Shown: piece by piece, positions 11,328 through 22,837 of the stretch
How the letters are laid out: the number at the start of each line of letters is the position of its first letter
How positions within the stretch are numbered: the stretch's first letter is position 1
Assembly: GCF_006345805.1 (NCBI RefSeq)
Contig: NC_043007.1
Coordinates: 65,534,001 to 65,598,000 of the forward strand
Length of the DNA stretch: 64,000 nucleotides
Direction of reading: 5' to 3'
From: Octopus sinensis
Lineage: Eukaryota
Program-made: the position numbers and the translations under genes
The notes under the pieces: model-generated
What the model saw: the letters and a program-made list of their open reading frames with translations, nothing else
The model's database searches: none
What the model was told of the DNA's origin: nothing

Positions 11328-11620
11328 AGGTGCATGGCTTAGTGGTTAGAGCATCAAACTCACAATCATGAGGTAGTGAGTTTGATTCCTGGCCGGAGTG
11401 TAATTTGTGTTCTTTGAGCAAGACACTTTATTTCACGTTATTCTGGTGCCAAGCTGTATCAGCCTTTGCTTTTCCCTTGGACAACATTGGTGGCATGGAG
11501 AGGGGAGGCTGGTATGCACGAGCGACTGCAGCTGGTCTTCCATAAACAACCTTACTTGGACTTGTGCCTTGGAGGGTAACTTTCTATGAGCAATCCCATG
11601 GTCATTCATGACTGAAATGA
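11328..11620 (+). mobile_element. tRNA-derived SINE
   Basis: A-box-like tggcttagtggttag and B-box-like gagtttgattcc; a related copy lies at about 24331-24640. Confidence 0.6.
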
Positions 11621-12027
11621 GTGCTTTACTCTTTTTTATGGCATACATGGATATGGTGTAGTTATTCTCAAAGTCAGGATATGCCTGATACTCCTGGTGT
11701 AAAAATAACATAAATAACAAATGAGTTTATCTTGCCTCTTTATACTGTAGCTACCACAAGAATTTCTCAGTATTCAGAATCAGACTAAAAATCAAGTATG
11801 AATGGTTATTCTGCACTTCTCTTATAAAGCAATGCATGCTAGGGTGAATACTGTGGATTATTGCCATGTCCCTCAACATTTCACCTCATTGTTGTAGCAT
11901 TTCTGGATCTAATTTGGGGTTAAGCAACAGTTTTCATTAAGTTTACTAAGGTAAATGTAAGTGCCTTTGTTTTTTAATAGATGACATTTAATTAGTATTC
12001 TTTTTGTATATTGGTTCAATTCTTCAG

Positions 12028-12151
12028 TGGAAAATTCTCCTGGAACAAGAAACCCGAAAATAAATATTTCAGTGTGGATGGTGATGGTGAAGGCTTTGGA
12101 ACTTTGAAGTTACTGTCTGATGATGAAGATAGCAATCGTGGAAGTGGCAAG
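12028..12151 (+). CDS. CLSPN: Claspin coding exon (GKFSWNKK...GEGFGTLKLLSDDEDSNRGSGK)
   Basis: ttcttcag acceptor and gtatgt donor; resembles the human GSFP...EEFGDFRLVSND segment. Confidence 0.88.
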
Positions 12152-12597
12152 GTATGTTAGGAAAACATTCATACTCTCCCTGTCTCTTGACTAACAAAAT
12201 GTCTTTTATTTAGGCACAGACATACCAGTGTATTTGAAAATCTTGCTTTCCAATCACATGGTTTTGGGTTCAATCCTATTGCATTGCACTTTACACAAGT
12301 CTCTTCTCTTATACACCCAGGCCATGTGAACGGATTTGGCAGACAGAAACTGAAAGAAGCCCGTTGTCTGTGTATTTGTTCATTTTTCTGTATTGAATCT
12401 TTTCTGTTGCTGGCTCAGATTTTGAAATTTTAGAATTGAAAATTTTCAAATTTGGTATATTTATTTAATTTTCATGTTGAATCCAATTTTGTGATTCATT
12501 TATTCCAGAAAATGTTCAGAAAAATGTTGCAGATGTTTCAAGTTGGATAATTTTTATCCAGTCAAGTCTGTGTTTGGTTTATGATTATAGTTTGGCT

Positions 12598-12957
12598 GGA
12601 GGCGCAATGGCCCAGTTGTTAGGGCAGCAGACTCGCGGTCGTAGGATCGCGGTTTCGATTCCCAGACCGGGCATTGTGAGTGTTTATTGAGCGAAAACAC
12701 CTAAAGCTCTACAAGGCTCCGGCAGGGATGGTGGTGATCCCTGCTGTACTCTTTCACCACAACTTTCTCCCACTCTTACTTCCTGTTTCTGTTGTACCTG
12801 TATTTCAAAGGGCCGGCCTTGTCACTCTCTGTGTCACGCTGAATATCCCCGAGAACTACGTTAAGGGTACACGTGTCTGTGGAGTGCTCAGCCACTTACA
12901 CGTTAATCGGATCAACCGGAACCCTCATCGTCGTAACCGACGGAGTGCTTCCATCCA
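12598..12957 (+). mobile_element. tRNA-derived SINE (relatively young copy)
   Basis: ggaggcgcaatggcccagttgttagggcagcagactcgcgg...ggtttcgattccc with Pol III A and B boxes; near-identical head at 48778-49040. Confidence 0.75.
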
Positions 12958-13289
12958 TAGTTTGGCTCATCATCAAAGAAACTAGCTAGGCTAAAAGAAC
13001 CTACACATGGGGATAATGGTGGTTCTCTTGTTACTATGCACACATGCACAAATATATCTGTGGCTTTTAATTTACTAAAATTACCCATAATTTTCTAACT
13101 TTAAAAACTATTGACTTTTTATTTTTTAATTTATGGCAAAAATGAATTTTATTTTCACAATTAGCATACAAAACTAAATCAGTAAACCAAATTCGAAAAC
13201 AATTGGCACAAAATTTAAAAACATAGAAAACTGTGACAGCAGCAAAAAGATCCTCTATATTTGCACAGGTTGGATGAATATGTTCTATA

Positions 13290-13496
13290 CATATACTCGT
13301 TTACTTGTTTCAGTCATTTGACTGCGGCCATGCTGGAGCACCGCCTTTTTAGTCGAGCAAATCGACTCCAGGACTTATTCTTTGTAAGCCTACTACTTAT
13401 TCTGTCGGTCCCTTTTGCCAAAACGCTAAGTAACGGGGACGTAAACACACCAGCATCGGTTGTCAAGCGATGTTGGGGGGGGGGGGACAAACACAG

Positions 13497-13500
<4 letters not shown>
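13290..13500. mobile_element. Abundant short interspersed repeat (ttacttgtttcagtcatttgactgcggccatgctggagcaccgcc family)
   Basis: Recurs at about 10725-10920, 45455-45600 (inverted), 46105-46262 and 46600-46650 (inverted). Confidence 0.6.
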
Positions 13501-13544
<44 letters not shown>

Positions 13545-13545
<1 letters not shown>

Positions 13546-13692
13546 CACAACAGGCTTCTTTCAGTTTCCGTCTACCAAATCCACTCACAAGGCTTTGGTC
13601 GGCCTGAGGCTATAGTAGAAGACACTTGCCCAAGGTGCCATGCAGTGGGACTGAACCCGGAACCGTGTGGTTGGTAAGCAAGCTACTTACCA
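13545..13692 (-). mobile_element. tRNA-related SINE (ggcgcaggagtggctgtgtggtaag family)
   Basis: The same family occurs at about 2365-2530, 10050-10200, 12225-12367, 15583-15740, 37375-37525, 44695-44850, 45936-46092, 46305-46452, 48040-48152 and 49054-49225. Confidence 0.75.
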
Positions 13693-14257
13693 CCTAAGTC
13701 AAGTACTCAGTCCTGTAATTGAGCAGAAAATATCTAAAAATACATTTGCTTATTCAAATATTTGTAGTGTATTTATTTGTGGTCAAATTACTTTGAAAGT
13801 TGGCTGTGTTGCAGAAAATACTTAGTTTTTAGTTTTAATGTAAATTCTCATTTGTTCTAAAAATTAATGCTGTGCACATTTGATTGCTAATTTATTCTTC
13901 CGACTGGCACTCTGTTGGTTATGGCAACGAGGTTTCCAGTTGATCCATTCAACGAAACGGCTTACTTGTAAAATTAAAATGCTAGTGGCTGAGCACTCCA
14001 AAGACATGTATATCCTCAATGTAGTTTTTAGAGAGGTTTGGCATGACATAGAATGTGATAAGGCTGTCCCTTTGAAAGAAAGGTTCAACATAATTTTGCC
14101 AGCTCAGGTGACTAGAGCAACATGAAATAAAGTGTCTTGCTCAAGGATACAATGTATCACTGAAACGAAACTTGTGACTGAGCTGAATACCCTAACCACT
14201 AAAGCATGTGGCTTCACAGCTGTCTAATTTATTATATACTAGTATAAGGTAGCAAGT

Positions 14258-14560
14258 GGAGGCACATGGCCTAGTGGTTAGAGTAGCGGACTTGCGGTCG
14301 AGGGATCGCGCAGGTTCAAATCTCAGACCAGGTGATATGTGTGTTTATGAGTGGAACACCTAAGCTCCATGTGGCTCCGGCAGAAGGTAATGGCGAACTT
14401 CTGCTGACTCTTTTGCTACAACTTTCTCTCACTCTTTCCTCCTGCATCTTGCAGCTCACCTGTGACGGACTGGCGTCCCGTCCAGATGGGGAACCTATAC
14501 GCCAATGAAACCGGGAAGCCAGTCCTTATGAATCAGGCATGGCTTGAAAAGGAACAAATA
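14258..14560 (+). mobile_element. tRNA-derived SINE with a V-domain-like central motif
   Basis: tRNA-like head followed by gacggactggcgtcccgtccag, resembling the V-SINE core (similarity recalled, not searched). Confidence 0.5.
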
Positions 14561-14564
14561 AAAA

Positions 14565-14770
14565 TAAGATGGCAAGCTGGCAGAATCGTTAGCGTGTCAA
14601 GCAAAACACTTAGCAGCATTTCGCCTGCCTTTATGTCTGAGTTCACATTCTGCTGTGGTCGACTTTGCCTTTCATCCATTCAGAGTTGATAAATTAAGTA
14701 TCAGTCAATTATATTAAACCCCATTATTTCACTAATTCTCTTCCCCAAAATTTCAGGCTTGTGCCTTTAG
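14565..14770 (+). mobile_element. SINE (aaggcagtgagctggcagaatcgttagc...ttctgagttcaaat family)
   Basis: Recurs at about 24950-25150 (-), 25540-25715 (-), 31380-31590, 31625-31745 (-), 31760-31975, 38990-39160 and 39180-39390. Confidence 0.65.
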
Positions 14771-16388
14771 TAGAAAGGATTATATACTAGAGAAAAAAAA
14801 AAGTCACTCAAAAAGACAGTGCAAAGAATTGTTAGTAATAAAGTAAATGTAATTGGTAACAGACATGGGCATATAAACATAACCTTTTTCGCTTTGAAAC
14901 TTACAGGTAAGCTAATTTGTTCCTTTTAGAGTTAACATACATGAAAGTTTCAATAAAACCTCTGAAAATAAATCACAAAACTTGAGCAACATGTGCATCA
15001 ATTTTAATAGCAAATGTTACAGAATGTAACTGTAAATAACTGCTGAAGGTAAGGATTAAAGTTTTCTCCCTTAGTTTGGAGAGTTCAAAACTTGCTTTAA
15101 AACTAACAATATTGGACCAATTATCCAGCAGGGTTGGGACCAGAAGTATCCTGAATTTTCTGATTTTCTGTTTTTTTTTCTTAGAGACAGTCTAAATATA
15201 TGCTTAAGATATAAAATAAAGTATCAAAATTAAAGTGTTAAATTGTATTTAATAGATTCAAATTAACATGAGCATATAAGCTGGTCATATCCAGCCCAAA
15301 TCTGTTTGGCTAGATCTAGCCTCTTACACCTTCCCTACAATGTCATTCTATAAATAAGCATTATAAGTAAAGAACAATTTTATTTAACAGATACAAATAC
15401 AAATTAATACACTTGTTAAACAAGAGTATATTTAATCTGTATCAATCTACCTCGTGATATAAAGAACAGAACTATTTTTAACACACTGTATGCAAATTAG
15501 CCAACTTCAAAAAACAGAGTCTGTTAATTCAGTGCAAGCTATGGTATCTTAAAATGGATTTCTGGAGGTACCATAGAAACTAGTGGCATGGTTGTCTGGT
15601 AAGAAGCTTGCTTCCTGACCACATAGTTCTGGGTTCAATTCCTCTGCGTGTCACCTTTGACAAGTGCCTTCTACATCAGCTATGGACTGACCAAAACCTT
15701 GTGAGTGGATTTGGCTGATGGAAACTGAAAGAAGCCTATTGTGTAATATATAGACACTTACACATGTGTGTCTCTTTGTGCCTGTCCCTCATCACCATTC
15801 AGCAACCAATGTTGGTATGTTTATGTCCCCACAACTTAGTGGTTCAGCAAAAGAGACTTGTTTGATTGAAACACTCAAGGCAGTGCCCCAGGATAGCCAC
15901 AGTCAAATGACTGAAGCTAATAAAAGAATAAAAGATAGTGTTTTGATTCAGGTAGTTTCAGGTGGAACAGCACCCAAAGATATTCCCTTTTGAGCAGATT
16001 TGTGTTGCATGGGATATTAAAAGTTAACAATCTAGTTCATTTGTAGCTGTACAAGTATTTGCATATAGAAATATTGGGTGGGTTGGAGTCCTAGTGGAAT
16101 GGTTAGCAAATTCACTTTGCAGACATGACACCTAAAAACTGGTTGGATGGAAATACTTTGCAAACCTGTTGGGTAAACTGTACATGTAATTCAAATGGCC
16201 TGCTTTCTGATACAGTGTGTCATGCTATTTCAATGTTATTGTTATGTTAAATGTCTTTGGCATACTTGTCCACTGAACTTCACTGTAGGCAAATATCTTC
16301 TACAATGGTATTGGGCCAACCGAGATTAACTACCCCTAGATAGAGCTTCTTAACTTTGCTTTTCTAAATTCATATTGTGTATTTACAG

Positions 16389-16570
16389 GAAGATGACAAT
16401 GACACCGATGTTCTTAATGAAAGTGATGATGATGACGACAATGGTTTCAATGTTGGTGGTGGTGGGGGTGACGATGATGCTAGTATTGATGATGTAAACT
16501 CTGAGAAGGAAGAGGATGAAAATGGCAGCACACAAAAATTCTCAGGATTCACATATGGAAATACATCTAG
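16389..16570 (+). CDS. CLSPN: Claspin acidic exon (EDDNDTDVLNESDDDDD...KFSGFTYGNTSR)
   Basis: tttacag acceptor and gtatga donor; an open acidic frame, phase 0 to phase 2. Confidence 0.88.
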
Positions 16571-16599
16571 GTATGAATTCTAACATTCTCTGTGTGTGT

Positions 16600-16880
16600 A
16601 CATATGTGTGTAACATGATATATATATATATATGATGGGATAAGATATGATACGATATATAACAGTATAACAGGATGTGATACACTATATAATAGGATAC
16701 AATATGATATATATTATATGATATATAATATGATGTGATACATATACAATATATAGTATAGATAATATAAGGATTTGATATATAATATGATATGATTTAT
16801 AATATATATGGTAGAATTTATAATACAATATATATGATATGATATATATACATCTTATAATATATATAATATGGTATAAT
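16600..16880. repeat. Degenerate TA-rich microsatellite
   Basis: Tandem tatgata/atata units. Confidence 0.8.
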
Positions 16881-16959
16881 ATGTAGGCATACCTCATCTG
16901 ACGCCTGTAATTGATTCCAAGATGTGACTTGACTTGAAAAAATGGCATAGCATGTAAAA

Positions 16960-17453
16960 TCATTTTTACAAATTTGTTAGCTTCTATCTGTTTTAAAAAC
17001 TGGTTTGTTGTCTTCCACTCTCTCTCTTGATGAACTCATTGATATGACTGGTGTGTCACGGAGCTCCTGCCAACAGATTTTGAATGAGAAATTGCAAATG
17101 AAAAAAGTTGCAGCGAAATTTGTGCCTTGCTTGCTCATGGGAGATCAAAAGCAGTCATGACTGAATGCATGTTGTGAAGTTGATCCGGACCTTTTTACAA
17201 AAGTCATCTCTGGTGATGAAAGCTGGTGCTATGGAAATTGCAGGTGTTGTAGAGGTGAAGAAAAAAACAATGGATATGTTAAAAGGCATCACTTCACAAG
17301 AATTCCAGTAATTCGAATAGTAGAAAACGTGCCTGGACTGATGCATTGCTTCAAATGGAGAATACTTCAAAGACGATAAAAGTGTAAACATGTAAAACTA
17401 AGTGAATAAAATAATATTGCAAAATTCTGGTTACTTTTGGGTACCCCCTCATA
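16960..17453 (+). mobile_element. Internally deleted mariner (Tc1/mariner) relic
   Basis: 17041-17235 reads GVSRSSCQQILNEKLQMKKVAAKFVPCLL...KVISGDESWCY, then jumps to the C-terminal CIASNGEYFKDD. A TIR-like end (ttacttttgggtaccccctcaTA) is present, but the middle of the DD34D core is missing. Confidence 0.85.
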
Positions 17454-17472
17454 TATGTGTATGTATGTATCA

Positions 17473-17522
<50 letters not shown>

Positions 17523-17988
17523 TACATGCATATATATATATTCTCAGTATAGAAGACATTTAGTAGCACTCAAAACATTCAAACTTAGAGTCTGATGTCT
17601 TTACAATGGATCAATTCCACAGGGTAAAGAATGGCTATAAGGGATTGAGTTGGGCGAATACAGAAGCAATTATGCAGATGAACAGATTGAATATTATAAA
17701 TTTGGGTATGAAATACAAACTATGTATGTATGTATACATGCAAACAAGAGAAGGCAAAATGTGGAGACTTTCAGATGATGAATATTTAAGTATAAAGATA
17801 CAGATGTTTATACTGATAGATTCAACTTACACAGAGTACAAACATGTTTACATATTTTGTATTTCATTCACTAATTATTATATTTAATATCTAATTTGTT
17901 TATATGCATAAATGCGTATGTGTGTGTCATTGAGTCACTGTATTATTTATTTAAAAAATATATCTTCTCTTTCTCATCTATATTACAG

Positions 17989-18032
17989 GAAAATCAGAAG
18001 GGAATTTTTGGAAGATGAAGCTGAACTCTCAG
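17989..18032 (+). CDS. CLSPN: Claspin exon (KIRREFLEDEAELSG)
   Basis: ttacag acceptor and gtgaga donor; conserved claspin/Mrc1 EDEAExSG motif. Confidence 0.92.
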
Positions 18033-18871
18033 GTGAGATTACTTCATATATTTTATTTTATGGAAGAATAATAATAATAATAATGATAAAGCAAAGACTG
18101 AAGGTTTCATATTGGCAGCACAAAATGAAGGCTTGCCTACTGGTTGCTGAGCACCACTTTAGATTAAAACCGAAGTCAGTAACAGAATAGTTCCCTTTTC
18201 CCCATATTAAACACATTCAAGACAAAAGATTACATATCCAAAAGTGGACTGACAAAGTTAGGAGTTATCGTTGCAGCAAATTCTATCACTGAAGCTGCAA
18301 AGAAGACCACTAGGTGGCTTTTGATAAGAAGTGCATGCCACTGGTTTGCTGTTGCTGCTGGGTTTACTAGCTGGGACTTGATCAGCTCCGGCTGTGTCAA
18401 CTGGGTGAGGTTCTGATGTTGAAAGACGTTAAACCTGTCGAGGCCCTTGAATCATCATTGATGATGTATCCCAGAGTGCCCAGAGGATGTATCTTTAAAC
18501 TATGTATATTCGAAAAATTTTTTAAATTAGTACAAAATTTTTCTCATCCATAGAAAAATGAAAATTGTATGGGAGGCAACTCTGCAAGTGATTGTCTCCC
18601 TTAGCTTATATATATATGTATCAGTTCTTAGGCTTGGTAGTGAATAACCGTTTTAAACATTTAATACAATTATTTTTTTACCTGTTTAAAGTGACTGCAT
18701 TAAATTGGTTGTTCCTCCTTTTTGTAGATGTCATGTCAGTTGGCGTTAGCTTTTCACCATTTTTGTCAACTGACCGACAATAGACTGTACGTGGTTGATA
18801 GAGAAGACGAAATCCCTGAAATTTCACCTTACCCTATTAAGTAGCAAAAAGATGCATTGCTTAATGTCATC

Positions 18872-19138
18872 TTACAAAAATAAAGAAAGCCAATTATGAA
18901 TGGTGCAATTTGAGATAAACTATGTGATGGTCATGGGTGGAATTCATGGTCAGATATATAAGCAAAGCACCTTGCTGACTGTGATAGTTACAGCCACGAA
19001 TCATTTGGTACCAGGCTGTAACTATCACAGTCAGCAAGGTGCTTTGGCTTATATACATCAGATCATGAATTCCACCCATGACCTTCACGTAGTTTATCTT
19101 AAATTTTACTATTTAAATTGGCTTTCTTTATTTTGTAA
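18872..19138. repeat. Long imperfect inverted repeat (hairpin; MITE- or foldback-like)
   Basis: Arms of about 125 nt; the innermost 33 bp pair perfectly around an 18-nt loop (18996-19013). Confidence 0.9.
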
Positions 19139-19489
19139 ATTTTGAAATTTTACCAACATCTAAAATTATATCATCGTTTTAATTATCCTATTATCATCAT
19201 ATCAAAAAATCATCATCATCGTCATGGGTAGAGTGATGATGCTTTGCTACTATATAGTTATTTTAAACCATTTTTCATATAATGTGGTTATGGTGGTGAA
19301 TTAGCAGAGTTGTTACAGTTTTAGATAAAATACTTTTCTTTCGGGCTTTTTTATGTCTTTGGTTCAAATCCCACTGAGATCAAGTTTGACATTCATCTCT
19401 CTGGGGGGTCAATGAAATTAAGTGCCACTGAAATATTGGGGTTGTTTCTACTTTCTTTCTTATCTCTTTTGGTGTTTCTGCCTCTTCTC

Positions 19490-19900
19490 ATTCTATCAGA
19501 ATTTGGCTGTGCTCTGCCTTAAAGAAGGTTATAGGAGACCCCTTAAAGTATCGGTGATGTCGGATTGAGATTGGAGGTTCTGCTAACAGGAGTAAAAATC
19601 TACAGAACTCAGAAGAGTGACTCACACTTCTTTGCAGTTTCAGATGAAATAGATGTAAGGGAAGGGGCATGATCTTTGTAGGCTCACACCCAAGTTGGTG
19701 AAATTGAGCCTCTTCATGTTCAGATTGGGTATCAGTCCATTGCTAAATGATTGCAAAAAAACACTAGAGAGAGATGTGAAATTTTATAGAATAACAGTTT
19801 TTGATCTGGGCATGAAGTGTTTACTGGGGGAGCTGCAAAATCAGATACTGTAAGGTAAGAGTGTCGGGAGAGGTAGGGATGAGTGGGTCAGAGATTTTAA
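19490..19900 (-). mobile_element. Highly decayed LINE fragment (CR1/L2-like)
   Basis: Higher GC content with patchy RT C-terminal-like peptides on the minus strand; many stops. Confidence 0.3.
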
Positions 19901-20019
19901 CAATTTTGCTGTGGCTTTTGCCTACTAAATAATCTACAATTAACTGCAATGACTGATTTTCTTCTTTCGCCACCAAGTATATACTCAAAACTCAGTACCA
20001 CTAATGAACACATTTCCAC

Positions 20020-20590
20020 ACTCCACTACCACTTATACACACATTCCCATGTCAAAACCACTTGTGTGCACATTCCCACATGTCAACACCACTTATGCAC
20101 ACTTCTCACATGCCAACACCACTTGTGCACACATTCCCACATGACAGCACCACTTGTGTGTGCATTCTCACATATTGACACCACTTGTATATGACAGCAC
20201 CACTTGCACACACATTCCCACATATCAGCACTACTTGTGTATGCATGCCCATGTTAGCACCACTTGCACACATTCCTGCATGTCAGCTCTACTTGCATAC
20301 ACTTTCTCTCATGCCAGCTCCACTTGTGCACCCTTCCCACATCTCAGCACTACTTGTGCATCCTTTCCACTTATCAACACCACTTGTGCATGCATTGCCA
20401 CTTGTTAGCACAACTTATGCATGCATTTTCACATGTCAGCACCACTTCTGTGTGCATTCTCACGTGTTGGCATCAGATATTTACACATTCCCATATATCA
20501 GCACCACTTACGTACACATTCCTACATGTCAACACCATTTATGCACATGTTCCCACACACCAATGTCACTGCAAAACATTTGCACACCTC
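20020..20590. repeat. Degenerate ~30-bp minisatellite (cacacattcccacatgtcagcaccacttgtg)
   Basis: Roughly 18-20 tandem diverged units; it accounts for the overlapping ORFs at 19949-20623. Confidence 0.88.
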
Positions 20591-20634
20591 AAAACACTGA
20601 CACAACCTTATGTTAACATTTGAATATCTTTCAG

Positions 20635-20764
20635 GGAGTGAATATGACAGTGATGAGAATGACAATCTGGATGATGAATTTGACGTGATGGAAGAGGAGG
20701 AGGGTGACAAAGACATCACACTTGATAATGATGAGCTTCGTAACCAGGTCGGCAGAGTGCATCT
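20635..20764 (+). CDS. CLSPN: Claspin exon (SEYDSDENDNLDDEFDVMEEEEGDKDITLDNDELRNQVGRVHL)
   Basis: ctttcag acceptor and gtaagt donor; resembles the human DEELQSQIKKIH segment. Confidence 0.92.
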
Positions 20765-20885
20765 GTAAGTTAGTCTGACTCTTATTGTTGTTGCTATAGT
20801 TTCTGTTGTTTGAATGCTGTTGGTACTATTCTATTGCATAAATGAATAATGATTTACAAATGTCTGTGTGGAAACTGAAAATTTG

Positions 20886-21110
20886 TTAACCCTTTTGTTA
20901 CCATATTTCTGTTGAGATGCTCTGTGTTTCTTTATTTTAAATATAACAAAGAATTTTGTATAATAATTTAGTTATCATTAAGCTAGTGTTAGGAACATAA
21001 ATTGTGAATAAAGGTTTGGTGGAGGATAGTAATTCAGAACTTTTGAAAACAAGACATTTGTACTATAGAGCCAAAGGCAGTTTCAGCCAGGTTGGTATCA
21101 AAAGGGTTAA
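20886..21110. mobile_element. TTAA-flanked MITE (piggyBac-like)
   Basis: TIR-like ends ttaacccttttgttac ... gtatcaaaagggttaa; related copies at about 22915-23045 and 32750-32980. Confidence 0.75.
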
Positions 21111-22307
21111 GGGTGTCACTTTACCTGGTGGGTATGAAATCAGTTCCTAGATCAGGGAATCCGTATGCATTCTGCTTCAAATGTAAGAGCAAGTGTTATT
21201 GGGCACAAGCATGGCTCTGTGGTAGGACGCATATTTCTCCATCATCTGGTACTTGGGTTCAATCCCACTGCATGGCACCTTGAGCAAGTATCTTCTACTA
21301 TATGTGCAATTTCATATTTCACTATAGGATGTATCTGTATCAGGACAATTAGCCACCTTGGACAATTCCCCCCTGGTTAATTACCCCACCTCCAATATAC
21401 TGAGATGTTTTAAATCATCTGTTGTTCTCAGGTAATTTATTTTGGGTGTTATTGTCCATGCCAGGTAAATGTCCTAGACTCATATCACATATATGGGATA
21501 TTTTTTTTTTGTTTATGGGAAAAATGCAAAAATAAGAGTGAATATTTATTTTATGAGTGCTTTGTATTAAGTCTATAAAATTGTGCATAAAATATATAAA
21601 GTGCTTTAAGTAATCATATTCCAATTTCTTTCAATTTTCAATGAGTAGCAGATGAACAACTCTTTTCATACAGACAAAACACAGGCTACGCTTTCAGCTT
21701 TTTTAGATAAAGTTTTTAGATATAACCCAATAGGTTTACTATTAGTTCCATGAAATATTAATGGATTCTACTAAGTGTGTATCATTCCACCTATGATGAC
21801 CAGGTAAAATGAATATTAAAAAATATATGAAAGGAAAATATAATAGAAAATCTGTCAAATAACACAGATGACAAAGATATTGTTTTGGTCAGCGGTGTCA
21901 AATTCATTTGGCTTTGTGGACCAGGTTGAATCATAAACTAAATCTCATGGACTAGATGGGGACAATTATTCCTGAAGTCCCTATTCATAATGCAGGCCAA
22001 ATTAAGTGGATAAATGGAACAGTTTAAATTGTAACAACTTGGAATGCATGCTTGTAATATTTTACAGAATATTTTAAAATTAGAAATAATAAAAATTTCT
22101 GTTTATAAAATCAAGCTGGGAGCTAGACCAAGCACTGCTGTGATCCTGATATAATCCAAAGGCTGTATGTTTGTTTCTCTCTGCCCCTCCCCCTCTCTAT
22201 CATCCTGGGTTATGTTGTACTTACTGTACTGTCAGAATTGTAATTGTGTTCTCTGATCCATCATCCCTTTCTTAACTCTTTTTTTACCTTTCCTATACTC
22301 CATGTAG

Positions 22308-22429
22308 TAAGAACATGATTGATGATGATAAACGGGAAGTGATGAAATTGCAAGAGATGTACCTTCCTGATGGTGACCTCTATTCTGAAGGGGCGGGCAG
22401 AAAACGGCAGTTCAGATGGAAATACATTG
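22308..22429 (+). CDS. CLSPN: Claspin exon ([40 protein letters not shown])
   Basis: tgtag acceptor and gtaaga donor; the most conserved claspin block (human [35 protein letters not shown]). Confidence 0.95.
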
Positions 22430-22709
22430 GTAAGAATTCTATCCCTTTTGTTAATTTACTCTTTTCTTTGCCATCTTTTTCCCTACTTCTAAAATGTTTT
22501 TTTTATCAATTCTTCTATTTTCTTTAGTTTTTCTATTGTCATTTCCCCTATCAACAAATCATCCACAGGCTTTGCACATTTGGAGGCTTGTGAAAAATCC
22601 CTTAGTTGAAAACTAGGTAAAGAAGTTGGCAACAGGAAGGGGATCTAGCCGTAAAACAGTACCTCAATAATATTTTTGTCTAACCCATACCTTTTTTCTT
22701 CGATGACAG

Positions 22710-22837
22710 ATGAAAACTCACAGCAAGATATGTTCCATCATGAATCGGATAAGGAAGAAAATGAGGAAGAAGAAGGAGATGATCTGAAGTGGAGAGTTGA
22801 GAGACACAACCGTGAGAAATGGTTGGCTGAAAATGCA
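22710..22837 (+). CDS. CLSPN: Claspin exon (ENSQQDMFHHESDKEENEEEEGDDLKWRVERHNREKWLAENA)
   Basis: gacag acceptor and gtgagt donor; resembles the human WRKERIEREQWL segment. Confidence 0.93.

Noticed and set aside
11662-11950. Possible extra claspin microexons (SYSQSQDMPDTPG; LPQEFLSIQNQTKNQ; FSLSLLS)
   Set aside because: They would need a 52-nt intron and weak splice sites, and they do not restore an LCSGxF motif.
18230-18350. C-terminus of a restriction-like-endonuclease LINE (EAAKKTTRWLLIRS)
   Set aside because: It is a single short motif resemblance, too little to call.
19949-20623. Overlapping 81-143 aa His/Cys/Pro-rich ORFs
   Set aside because: They derive from the 30-bp minisatellite, have no fitting splice sites and show no family similarity.
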